DNA of 64,000 nucleotides, from positions 372,001 to 436,000 of the forward strand of contig JBODTK010000105.1 in NCBI GenBank assembly GCA_050613775.1, in the 5' to 3' direction. The DNA comes from Neocallimastix sp. 'constans'. Its lineage: Eukaryota. Both the position numbers and the translations under genes were made by a program. Within the stretch, counting starts at the first letter, position 1; every line of letters begins with the position of its first letter. Of this stretch, positions 51,867 through 64,000 are shown piece by piece. The notes beneath the pieces were generated by a model. That model was not told the origin of the DNA. It searched no databases and saw nothing but the letters and a program-made list of their open reading frames with translations.

Positions 51867-52198
51867 TTATCTTAGCCCCTTATATTTACAGTATTCAACA
51901 TCGCCATCATATTTGCTCTTGCAATAATAACATTGGCTCTTCTGGTAGCAGACTGGTATTGCGTATCCGTTACTATAGCACTCCGTACAGTAGAAGCTGC
52001 TGCCTGTGAACACAGTAGCTTGATAAAGATTTCCATATCTTCTTTTGTAAAAATTATTGAATTCATACTTTGGTTATTGATATTTTCAATATCGGCTTCA
52101 TTTGTACCTTCAACATCGGCAGTAGCTTCAGGGCTAATTGTTTTTGAGTACACGAAAAGAGCATTGAGTGCTACAAGTAATAAATTTGATAATTTCAT
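51867..52198 (-). CDS. Probable host small secreted protein: signal peptide, acidic pro-region and 6-Cys peptide (needs a 1-nt correction or short intron)
   Basis: Hydrophobic N-terminus MKLSNLLLVALNALFVYS. From ~52031 the alternative frame reads NLYQATVFTGSSFYCTECYSNGYAIPVCYQKSQCYYCKSKYDGDVEYCKYKGLR*. Confidence 0.65.
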
Positions 52199-52820
52199 TT
52201 TGTCTTCTTTTTGAATTTAAAATTAATATTTGAATATAATTTAAATTTTTTTTTTTTTAACAGAATATGTATTAGTAAAAATAAATATGAATTTTTTTTT
52301 TTTTTTTTTTTTTTATTTTCAATAATATCACAATTACAATCTTCAATAATTAACTAAAACTACCTTTTTTTTTCAAACTATCTCATTTTTTTTTCTATTT
52401 AAGAACTCTTCTTTTATAATTTTTCTATTCTTATTATTATTGGTTCTTATTTTGGTTTAATTAATAATTTAGTTCTATAATATGACATGATAATTATTTA
52501 TTTAATAATTAAAATATTTTAATTATTAAGTCACCAATTTGATATTTTGATGAAAATTAAATGGAAATTGATCAATTTAAATTACTTTATTAACTTTATT
52601 TATTTAAAAATAATATAATATACATTTTAATATATCTTAATAATAATGTTACATAGATCATAAATGTATTACAAAAATATTTGTAATGTAGCGAGCCACA
52701 TTTTATATACATAAAATTACTTAATAAAATTTACTATATAAATTTGTATAACAATATAATTAATAATAAAATAAGAATAATATTAAACTTTATTTTCAAC
52801 AATTTTATTGTATATAATTC

Positions 52821-53581
52821 TGTAACGTATCATAATGCAATAATTTAATTATAAAATTAATTATAATTAAATTATTAACTGCAACTTAATAATAACTTTA
52901 TAAAATTTATTATTAAATTGAGAAAAATAAAATAAGAAAAATAAAATAAGAAATTAATACTTATTTAAATATCGAAGAGTTTATTATAACTTAATTATAA
53001 TAAACAAATTCCAAAGGTTACACGGATTTGTTACAAGGAAAAACTTTTATTTATTTTATTTTTATTTTAAAATTTATTATATTATTAAACTATCTTTATT
53101 AAATAAGAAATATAAATATTTAATATCGTTATTATTATATTATAATTATTATATTATAATCATTATAATAATAACTCTTGATTTCTCAAAGAGAACTCAA
53201 GAGCCTTATTTATACTTTTTTGAAAAATAAGGTTAAATTAAAAAATGTTTTCTAATCTTAACAAATCTCTTATCTAGGAAAAGATTAGAGAGAAAAACCT
53301 AGATAAGATTTTTGATCATCGTATCAATTAGGTGAAACCAATTACTTTTAAGAAGTGATTGGGAAAAACTCTAATTGACCGATTGGCTAATCTAATCTTA
53401 GTGATCAAAAATAAAAGAATAAAATAATAAAAGATATTTCGATCATAAAATCATAAAAGAAAAATAACGTATTAATAATATTATTCAACAAAATACAGAA
53501 TACATTATTAAATACATAATAGAATACATAATAGAATACATAATAGAATACATAATAGAATACATAATGTGTTTGTTTACA
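52821..53581 (+). mobile_element. LTR of family F (right boundary uncertain)
   Basis: Starts TGTAACGTATC. Homologous in reverse to ~63000-63432 and ~61130-61399 (shared TATAATAATAACTCTTGATTT). Confidence 0.55.
53510..53568 (+). repeat. 12-bp tandem repeat (AATACATAATAG), about 5 copies
   Basis: Direct reading of the sequence. Confidence 0.9.
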
Positions 53582-54117
53582 ATTTAATTAAATAAATAAG
53601 AGACTAATAAATTTAATAATTAAATGTATAATTAAATAAACTATAATTATTTATAAATGTATAAAAAATAATTAATTAAATAAATTATGTTATATTAAAT
53701 TAATGAATATCTAAAATTGAATTAAATAAATTATTAATAATATTTAAATGAATAAATATAATATAATTAAATAAAGTTATAATTATTATAACTTAACTAA
53801 GAAAATGTAATTATTTTATTTAAAAATAATTATAGATTCTTACACATAACTGATAAATTTTAGAAATTATCTTAATTTTAATATAGAATTAAAAAGTGAT
53901 AATTTCAATTTATTCAAATAATAACTGTATAAGTTATTTACGAATTAAAAATGTTTTATTAAAATAACACTAAAAATTTGGTCTATTGAACACTTGTTTT
54001 CTAATAATTAATTTTAAATCTTTATTAAAATTTATTATACATTATGAAAATTAAAAGTGATTATTAAAATTATAAAACTAATTAATAATAATAATAATAA
54101 TAATAATTTTATTTACA

Positions 54118-56501
54118 TGAAATATATACAAGTATTTATATTTTTCTTTAAAATTAAACTATTTATGATTTATAAATAAAAAGAATAATTAAATAAAATA
54201 AAAGTAATAAATTAATAATAAAATAAATATTTATTAATAAAATAAATAAATTTGTTTATTATAAAAATAATTAAAAATATTTTGTTATTATAAAATTATT
54301 ATTTAATTATAAAATTAATTATAAAATTTATTATAAAACTAATTGTAAAAATTAACTATTTTATTTTAAATTTAATTTTAATATTTTTTTATTTTAATAA
54401 ATATATATATTATTTCTTTCTTATTTGAGTATTTATGTATTAAGTGTAATTTATTTGTTTAATTAAATCTCTTTTTAAATTGAAATTTTAGTAACATTAA
54501 TTTAATTTAATTTTTAATTTATTTTATTTATTTAGTTAATTTTTATTTTATTAAATTATAATCAAACTTGACTAAGGTTAGTTTTGATTTTATTGATAAT
54601 AAGAGTTCAAGATTTATTAATTTCGTTATTTATTTTAATGTTATGGTTCAGGGGAATTTATAAGTCTTAATTTATTTATAGAAATTTATTAAGTTAATTA
54701 TTTATTTATTTTTTTTTTTATTGAGATTTTATTTTTCCATTTATTTATTTAAGAATTAATTTACAACTTTTATAATAATTTGATAATTTTAACTTTTAAT
54801 TAAAATATTTTCTTAAGAGTTATTAACTATTTACAATTATTTAATTTATAAATTATTATTATTAATATTAATATTTTTTTATTTAATTTTTCTGAGTTAA
54901 GAATTATTTTTATCTAATTAATTAATTATTTATTTAAGGAGAATATTTACATTTTAAATTAATTTTAATTTTTTTAATTATTTTAATTATTATAATTATT
55001 TTAAAAATATTATAAGTTATTAAAGTTAATAAAAATTATTTAAAGTTAAATTTTATTAATAGGAAATTTAATTAATTATTATATAATAAATATATTCTAA
55101 TCCAGGAATTTAACTTGGTAAGTAATTTTAAGTCATACTTTATCATGATGCCCCGGCAGTAAAACTTTTACTTTCAGGAAAAGTTAATATTTAATAATAT
55201 TTTTAAAATGAACATTTCGATTAAGTAGAATGTTGGTATTAACATCCGCAAGGGTGGCCGTGTTAAATTGTAATTTTACTACTCGGAATGGCCCAGTAAA
55301 GTACGGTTCTAACTTCTTTCTTCCAAAATTCCTAACATAAACAAGATCGCCTATTTGTAACTTTCGTCCTTCATTCATCGAATTCTTCTCATTTCTTCGT
55401 TCCTTCCAGTATTGACTTGCATTCTTGATGTTTGAGCAAGCTTCCTTGATCCAATTGTAGAGACTAACAAACTTCTCCACTAACAGTTCTTCATTGAATT
55501 TGTTTGGATCCCCGGATATAGATGGTCGTATTACCAGATCATAGGGTTGATGATCCTTCCTTCAGTATAATAACTCAAAGCTTGAGTATTTAGTAACTAA
55601 ATTAGTTGCTATACGGAGTGCCCATAGCGCTGCAGGTAGTACTTGATCCCATTACTTGTTACTGTTTCCTAGCAACCTAAGATATTTAACAATTTCTTTG
55701 TTTCGGTTCTCCGTCAAACCGTTTGATTCTGGGTGATATGGTGTTACAAACTTGATGTATACATAGTACAAATCCAAAAACAACTTCGTTAAATCAGATT
55801 TAATTGAACTCCATTGTTGGTTGTGATCAAGCAACGAGTTAGGACCTTGAGAGAAATTTTAGTAGGGTTATCGGCTTCCAATTTCATGAATTCTTTTTGT
55901 ACGGAAGACCTAACTTTGTAGTTTAATATTCCTTTTCTTTGTTCTTCAGTACAACCAATAGCTCTAATAAGTCTATTAAATTCTGCCAAGAAGTCGTATA
56001 CCTTTCCCCATTCGTGTTTTAGTTTTAGGAGCTTGGATTTCATGAGTTCTTTGTCTTCTTCTAATTGGAAATCAGTCCTCATTTCTTCAAATAGTTTTGC
56101 AACGTCGGGATGTTTTTCTTGGGCTTCCTTCTGGGTAGCTTGGTACCATAAGGCAGCACTTCCTCTTAGTCGGTCTGTAGCATAATATACCTTTGCCTGT
56201 TCATCGTTAAGGTATCTATTGGCATATCAATAGAAGTAGCTTCTGCATCTATCGATAAAAGTGTTTACTTCTATGGCTTCTCCATGGAAGTAAAAAAGTG
56301 GTTCAGGTTGAGGAGTTATAGTATCCCTCATGACTACGTCGCCGTCTTCGTCTCTGGGAGTTTTCGGAGCTTGGTTTAGTCGGATGTGGCTATTAAAGTA
56401 TTGAACTGAGACGTTTGGAGGGTTGTCTCAGTCTTTTCTATCTTTATTTCTTCAACTTTTTTTGTTTCCTTGCTGGTTGAAGCTTTTTGTGTTTCCGACA
56501 T
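54118..56501 (-). mobile_element. Element I: gag fused to an integrase 3' half, followed by a PPT-like tract and LTR starting at 55145
   Basis: Gag FHGEAIEVNTFIDRC...LRGSAALWY (55855-56501), integrase PYHPESNGLTE...GPFRV (55184-55850), LTR start TGATAAAG on minus. Left LTR boundary uncertain. Confidence 0.7.
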
Positions 56502-56524
56502 GATAATTTTTCTTATAGTTTTGT

Positions 56525-56555
<31 letters not shown>

Positions 56556-57625
56556 ATTTGGTAAATCTTCTCTAAAAGCATTAACAATGTAAAAAATTAA
56601 AGAAAAATTAATATTTGTTTAAATTTTCTTAAAACTTATTTTTTTAGTAATGAAATTTAGGGAATTAAAAAAAAATTAATTTTATTTATTTTTTATTAAA
56701 ATAAATAGTTATTATAATTATTAAATATAACTACGATTTTATAAATCGGGAAAAATAAAAATGATTATAAGTTTTTTATCAAAATTGTTAACGCTAATCG
56801 CTTAACAATTTTTTTCGTTTTCTTCTTTTTATACTAACAATTTCACTAAATTTAGAAGTTATTAAAACTAAAATTAAATTTAAAAGTTTATTGCATATAG
56901 TAGACTATTATTTTTCAATTCTGCTAAATGATTATTTGTTTATTCAACTATTCATTAACTAAACTAAAATTTATTTAAACAATTACTATTGATTCACTTA
57001 TATAATTAAATATTAAGTTAAAACTATTAATAATTAATTTTTCATTAAATTTCATAAATTTAATTATTCCAATAATGGATTAATTTAATCACAGTACAAG
57101 TATCGTCAGTTCTTGACAGTTGGCCTAGACTTATTCCTAAATATTATAATAAAGTTAATTTAATAATAATTATTATATATTATTATTCATTAATATTGAA
57201 ATTCAAATAACTGAATTATTGAAATTGAAATTGAAATTGAATTAAATGGAAATTCAGTTATTATCTTAACATTTAATAATAATAAAATAAAAACTATTAT
57301 TAAATTTTATTATTAAATATTCTTTTATTAATATCAAATATAATAAAAATTATTATTAAATATTCTTATAAATTTCTTTTATTAATATTAAAAGTAATAA
57401 AAATTATTATTAAATATTCTTATAAATTTCTTTTATTAATATTAAAAATAATAAAAATTATTATTAAATATTCTTTTATTAATATCAAATATAATAAAAA
57501 TTATTATTAAATATTCTTATTAATTTCTTTTATTAATATCAAATATAATAAAAATTAATATTAAATATTCTTATTAATTTCTTTTATTAATATCAAATAT
57601 AATAAAAATTATTATTAAATATTCT

Positions 57626-60600
57626 TGTTAAAAGATTTATTATTATAGAATATTTTGAATATTACTATTTTATTTATTAAAATATGAAATTGTAACTTTA
57701 ACTTAAAGTTTATATGAAGTACATAACACTCAATTATAAATAAATAAATAAATAATATTTATTTATAAGATTAATTTTTTTTATTTTATTAATATTCTTT
57801 TTTTTTAAGGAGTTAAAGAACTGTCGTTTTTTTATGTTAAATTTATTTTCTTTTATACTTTTTCTCATATATTTTTAGAAGTAAATTTTTTAACTATTTT
57901 TAGTTTTAATTTCTCTTTTAGCTAATTTATGACTTAAATTACATTTATTTTTTCTTAAAATAAATATTTTCACATATTATTAATATATTTTTAATTTAAT
58001 AAATTATATAATTTAGTATTTTAAATTATTATAATTATTCTTAAAATAAATATTTTCATATATTATTAATATATATATATATTTTTATATCATTTATAAT
58101 AATTTCTTTTCAATACCTCCTTCCTTAAGACATCGTTAGATGATAAAAATCGAGATTGTTATAAGTGATATAAAACATTTAGAAAGAAAAATAGTGAAAT
58201 TTTGAAGATGTATTTGTAAAATTTTTGTTTATATTTTTGTATAAAATGGTTTTACTTTTTTAACGTGGATATTTTTTTCCAATTGTTTTTTTGTATCTAA
58301 GGTTTCTAGAACAAGAGTGTTATATTTGGATGCTTTTAAAACTCCAAAAGGGCAGATGAAGTAAGGGTCGAGTTTTCTTCTACCTATATATCTAATTAAA
58401 ACCAATTCGCCAGGTTTATATTTGTGTAACATTCCTTCTATGGACTTAACTCTTTGTAGCCAATAGGAATGTGCATATTGTATATTGTCAATAGCTTCCT
58501 TCACCCATTTTTGATACCGAACAAAGCGTCTAAGGTTATACTCTTCTTCTGACTCATCCTCTTCTTTTTGATATCAGGGAGAACAACACTCAAAGGCCAC
58601 AGATCTTTTCTTCCATACAGGAGTTCAAAGCTACTAAACCCTATATCACTTGATTTAGTGGTCCTAAGAGCCCAAAGGGTAGCTGGCATATAAAGATCCC
58701 AGTCCTCTTGTTTTGAGCAAAGGTGTCTCAATATTTTCTCAATTTCTTTATTCCTGTTTTCGGCTAATCCGTTAGCTTCTGGATGTCTTGGAGAAATAAA
58801 GCGAATCCAGGAACCATATAAATCGATCATCATTTTGTTAATATCTGCTATAAATTGTCTTCCATTATCGATTATGATCACTTCTGGTAAGCCATGTCTT
58901 GAAAAGACGTCTCGAAGGAACACTATAACATCGGTATCTTCTATATTCTTTAAAGGAACAGCTTCTACCCATCTTGTGAAATAGTCAACTAAAATATTGA
59001 TAAATTTATATCCTCTTTCGGTAGTTTGTAAGGGACCAATGATATCAAGACCAACTCTTGCAATGGGTCTTTCTATTTTGGAGACGGTGTTAGAAGTGTT
59101 CTTTGAAACTGGGGAAGGTCTATAACATTGGCAGTTTAAACATGTTTTGACTGTTTCTTCAACTTCATTTCTCATACCTGGCCAATAATAAGCTTCTTTT
59201 AATCTAGCTAGGGTTTTAGCAATTCCTTCATGGCCGACAAGATAAGCCTTCTTTACAAGTTCAGCTTTAAGATGATCATCTTCAATTACCTTAAGAAGTT
59301 TACCATTTTTATTTTTATAAAAAAGAGTTCCATCTAAAAGAAAATAATTTTTCTTAACAAAATCAACTAAGGGAGTAGGGAAAGCATCAGCGATAATACT
59401 GTCATTTTTAAGAATTCTTTGAATAGAACAAACATTATATGTAGGAAGACGTGATAGAGCGTCAGCAAGGACATTATTCTTACCTTTTTCATAAAGAATA
59501 TCCACTTTGAATTCATTAAAGAGGGAAATCCAACGGATATGGCCATCAGACATGGGAATACTCTTCTTAAAATATCCTACAAGGGGTTTATGATCAGTAA
59601 AAAGAGTGAATTAAATCGAGAAGCGGTAATATAGGAGCGAAACTTCTTTAACGCAAAGATAACACCAATACCTTCTTTCTCTGTAATGGAGTAATTTAAT
59701 TCGGCTTTTTTCAAGCATCTACTGCAGCAATATATATGATGTTCTTTATTAGTAAATTCATCAACTTGTAGTAATACAGCACCAACAGCATAAGAGGAAG
59801 CATCAGTTCTTATAATAAAAGGAAGTATAGGATTTTTACACAGAGCTTTTTTTAAAGCATTAAAAGCTTCAGTATGTTTATCGGTCCATAAGAAGACAGA
59901 TTTTGGGCTAGTAAGTTTATATAAGATATTAGAGATTTCAGCAAAGTCTGGAATAAACTTACAGTAGTAACCAACAAGTCCAAGAAGGGATTGTAGTTGA
60001 GTAACGCTTTGAGGGGTTTGCCAAGAGGAGATGGCGAGGACTTTATCTGGCATAGGTTTGATACCATCTTTTGAAAGAACATGACCTAATACTTCTACTG
60101 ATTCTTGGCAAAAATGACATTTTTCTAGATTAATTGAAAATTTATGTTTACGGAGGATAGAGAAAACTTTTTCAAGATCCTTCAGATGTTGATCCATATT
60201 GGGGGAGTAGACCAGAATATCGTCCATATAAACAAAGATACAAACACCAATAAGAGACATAAGAATTCTATTCATCTCCCTTTGAAACGAGGAGAGCATT
60301 TGTTAGCCCAAAAGTCATAACTAGAAAGTTGTAGTTTCCATACTTGGTGGTGAAAGCTGTCTTTTCAATGTCATTTTCGTTCATGGGAATTTGGTGATAG
60401 CCACTGAAAAGATCTATTGCAGAAAATACAGTTGCACCATGAACAGATTCTAGAAGTTCATCTATAAATGGTAAAGCGTATGCGTCTTTAACTGTGACAT
60501 CATTTAACCGTCTATAATCCACGCACATTCTCCATTTACCATTTTTCTTTTTGACAAATAGCACTGGGAAAGCCCAAGGCGAGTGAGAAGGGGCAATAAG

Positions 60601-60750
60601 TCCATGCTTCAAAAGTTTCCGAATTTCTTCTTTGAGGGCTTTTGATTGTTCTAGTGAAACTTTATATGGTAGTAGTTTAATCGGTTTAGGATTTGTAAGA
60701 TTGATTTCGTGTGGTTCAGCATCTGCCACTTTAACATTATCAATAAAATT
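57626..60750 (-). mobile_element. Element L: B-related gypsy, frameshifted RT-RNase H-integrase with PPT and 3' LTR (~57626-58112)
   Basis: ORFs 58229-60729 closely parallel B Pol. PPT AAGGAAGGAGG at ~58115-58126. LTR start TGAAAAGAAATTATTATAAA resembles the B LTR. Confidence 0.88.
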
Positions 60751-60787
60751 TACTGAATTAAGAGAAGTCGCTGTCGAGTCGTTGTTG

Positions 60788-61399
60788 TGTAAAAGTTAAA
60801 ATTAAAAGTTATAAGAAAGTTGTTAAATAGTCTTTTTAAATATATGTAGTTTTTATATAAAATTAAATAAATAAATAAATAATAAATTAATAAATTTAAT
60901 AAATAAATCCCAACAAAAGTACATCGAACTTTTGAGTTGTATATCGTTTAAATAAAACAAAAGTTAATTGAAGTTTTCCGATTGGAAAATATCGGTTTTT
61001 ATTCAATTAACATCTGATCAGTTTTATTAATAATCGATCATTAAACTTTTTAGGTTTTCTCCCAAATCTTTTCCTAAAAAGTTATTCATTAAGATTTGGA
61101 ACTTTACTATAAATAATTCTTTATTTTCTTTATTTTGAAAATCAAGAGTTATTATTATAAGAATATAATTATAATAATAAACAAAATTTAAAATTTAATT
61201 ATTTTTAAATAAAAAATATTTTTTTTAATAAAAGTTTTATTTTAATTATTCATTTAATCAAATTCCTTATAATAAACTCTCTCTCTCTTTTTAAGTTTTA
61301 GATAAGTATTTTATTTATTTCTTTTTATTTCTCGATTAATATTATTATTAATTGTAGAAAAGAATTAAATTTAATTAAGTTTAAATTTAATTCTTTACA
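60788..61399 (-). mobile_element. Family-F-like LTR with a possible degenerate PBS at ~60767-60785
   Basis: TGTAAAAG...CTTTACA termini and homology to the 52821 and 63432 copies. Confidence 0.55.
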
Positions 61400-62879
61400 G
61401 TAAGAAACTATAATTATTTGTTAAATAATTATAATTTCTTTATTTGATGTCACGAATACTAGTGGATTTGAGGTTAAAATTCACTATAAGATCAATTGAA
61501 ATTTAATTTAGTTATTGACAAAAATTATTTTAATTCGATTTTAATTATAAAAATAAATATTGGAAACATTAAATAATTAGAACCAAAGGGTTTGGACTTA
61601 TTTATTAAAGATAATTTATTTTAACCCTTAAGAATTTGATAAAAATAACTTGAAGAAAAACAACGATAACTCAACAAATAATGGAAATATTGTATTGATA
61701 TTCCCGCTAAAATTATATTCATTGGAAAGCTACGGACGAGAACTACAACATATGTTAAAATCAACCTTATTGGACAACTAGATGACGATATATTGAACTT
61801 TAAAGATATTCTAAATATAAAAAATAATTTAATTATTTAATTAAGACTCTAAATTATTAATTAAGAAATCTATATTAGATAAAATCTCTTAACTTGGGAA
61901 TTATATTATTAATTTTTATTATTAATTAAAAATACAGAATTAGTTATTAATAATAGTTTTATAATATTTTAAATAAGTTTATAAGTTTTATATATTTTAT
62001 TATATTTTTATTCAATTATTTTCTAAAAGATTCTAAGGAATTCTTTATCATTCTAAAGATTTCCGAAAGAGAATTTTTAATTAGTTTTAATATTTTATTT
62101 TATTTTATATTTTCTTATTATAAATTAGTTTTATTATTAAATTGTCTTATGAATAATTATATAGTATTGTATTAAAAGATTCTTATCAATATTATTTTAT
62201 TATTATATCTTATATAGTTTATATACATGTATGAATATATTAAGATTAGAATGTATTATTTAATTATTTTGTTAATTATTATTTTAGTTTAGTATAAAAA
62301 AGATTTGAAATTCCATATTTTGAATTCTTTGTAAGATTATTAATCTAAACTATTAACATAAAGTTAATGAATTAATTATAACAATAAATAATTCTTTATA
62401 TTAATCTTAGTTAATTTTATTATTAAAAATATATTAAATAAAGTTCTAATAAAACATAAATCTTAAATATTGAAATCTTAATTATAAAACTCTGTGTGTG
62501 TTATTTATTATTTAAATTTAATTAAATTGTTATAATTAATAAGAACATCTTGACCTGAGCAATTTAACCCAAATTAGGAAAGATTTAGCAAGAATCTAAC
62601 CTACCACTCAATAAGATTTAACTATAATCTTACCACCTATAAAATTTTTACATTTGATTATTTATCTATTATATAATTTATACATTCATTCATTAAATTA
62701 GTAATTATATATCAAGTTAATATGTATTTGTACATTTATATATAGTTTTAATTTAATTAAAAAATTTTTCATTAAATTTATTTAGTATACATTTATTATA
62801 TTTAATTTATTTAATTAATTATAAATTTTATTAATTTCTATAGTAATGAATTAATTATTTAATTATTATTTTTAATTAA

Positions 62880-63432
62880 AATTTGAATTAACTTATTCGG
62901 ACTTTAAAGTTTTTTTTATTTTAGTTTTTTTTATTTCTTATTAAAATATAAATTAATTTTATCGGACTTAAGGTTTTTTCTAATTTATTATATTAATAAA
63001 TTGGTTTTTCCTTAAAGAACTTATCTAGTTTTTTCTTCTAATCTTTTTCTAGATAAGATAATTGTTAAGATTAGAAAACCTTTTAAATTATTATTTTATA
63101 TAAAATTTTATTATTTAATTTTTCGTATAAATAGCTATTGATTTCTCTAAATTTTTGAGAAATCAAGAGTTATTATTATATAACAAATATTAAATAAATA
63201 TATAATAATAATAAATAAAATCTATAACATTTTCAATAAGTGTTCTTTTTATTTTGTGTTGTTTATTATATTTGTTTATAATAAACTCTTCTTTGTCAAG
63301 ATAAGTTAAAATTTTCTTTATTTTTTCTAATTGTTTTCTTATTTTCTCAACTTGATGTTAATATCAGGTTGTAGTTAATAATTTTGTTATAATAAATATT
63401 ATAATGAAATTATTACACTTAGATTCGTTACA
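62880..63432 (-). mobile_element. Family-F LTR (left boundary uncertain)
   Basis: Minus strand starts TGTAACGAATC and aligns with 52821-53290. Confidence 0.6.
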
Positions 63433-64000
63433 CCATCAATAAATCTAAACGACTAACAGACAAAGAAAGAGAAGAAGAAATTATTCAGGATGCAGAAACA
63501 AACAATAAAAAAGGTAAATATCGACATAAAGAAACAAAAACAGATGATGAAGTTCAAGAATTACCCAGCACCCGATTAAAGAAGAAGAAAGAAGATACTC
63601 CTACTATACTGCCTACCCCTAAAAAGATTACATTATTCCATGGGAAGAAGAGCTATGACATATAGGACGATCTAACTAAATTAATTGCAAATATCTCTAT
63701 TGCACAACTCTTAGACATAAGCCCAAAGCTGAGATCTGAGCTTACTAAAGCTCTAAAATTAAAAAGCCCCGAATTAGTTGAAGAAAACCCAGAAAAAGTA
63801 ATGATGTCCGCATTAACTAGGGATGATGTAGCTATTGCTGAATGCATAGTTGATAACGTTGCATTTTTGGATACTTGCCCTAGTATAAACATAATCACTA
63901 GATCTTTCCTCAACAAATTGAAGAATGATACTCCATCAGGTTTCTCTGACGATAATATTATACAAATATTCTCTTGCGAAAACATAAAAATGGAAACGTG
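63433..64000 (+). pseudogene. Gypsy pre-protease and protease region, running off the window end
   Basis: YDI*DDL..ANISIAQLLDISPKLRSELTKALK...FLDTCPSINII, homologous to the A and C pre-protease domain. Confidence 0.8.

Noticed and set aside
63653..63985. 110-aa minus-strand ORF
   Set aside because: Antisense to the gypsy protease region on the plus strand.

Overview
Extremely AT-rich eukaryotic DNA. The composition, Asn-rich ORFs and chromovirus suggest an early-diverging fungus such as a Neocallimastigomycota anaerobic gut fungus; this is an inference. The window is almost entirely a nested cluster of LTR retrotransposons. It holds three Ty3/gypsy elements with both LTRs and matching target-site duplications (A 15668-25713, B 34036-46370, and C 38302-45935 inside B), a chromodomain-bearing gypsy (D), two Ty1/copia elements, several truncated or chimeric gypsy relics, about five solo LTRs, and two small DNA-transposon derivatives. 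Only one probable host gene was seen: a signal-peptide ORF whose alternative frame encodes a 6-cysteine peptide. The most interesting signals are: (1) GC-rich, extensively base-paired domains in the gypsy 5' leaders, with a shared UGACGG...CGAAAGAC core in two divergent families; (2) copia primer-binding sites complementary to the anticodon arm of tRNA-Lys(CUU); (3) a gag-less element with a near-intact pol joined directly to an extended copy of the tRNA-Ala primer; (4) the hidden Cys-rich secreted peptide; (5) UUUAAAC -1 frameshift signals. All alignments and folds were read by eye, and tRNA identities rest on conserved eukaryotic tRNA sequences rather than this organism's own tRNA genes.
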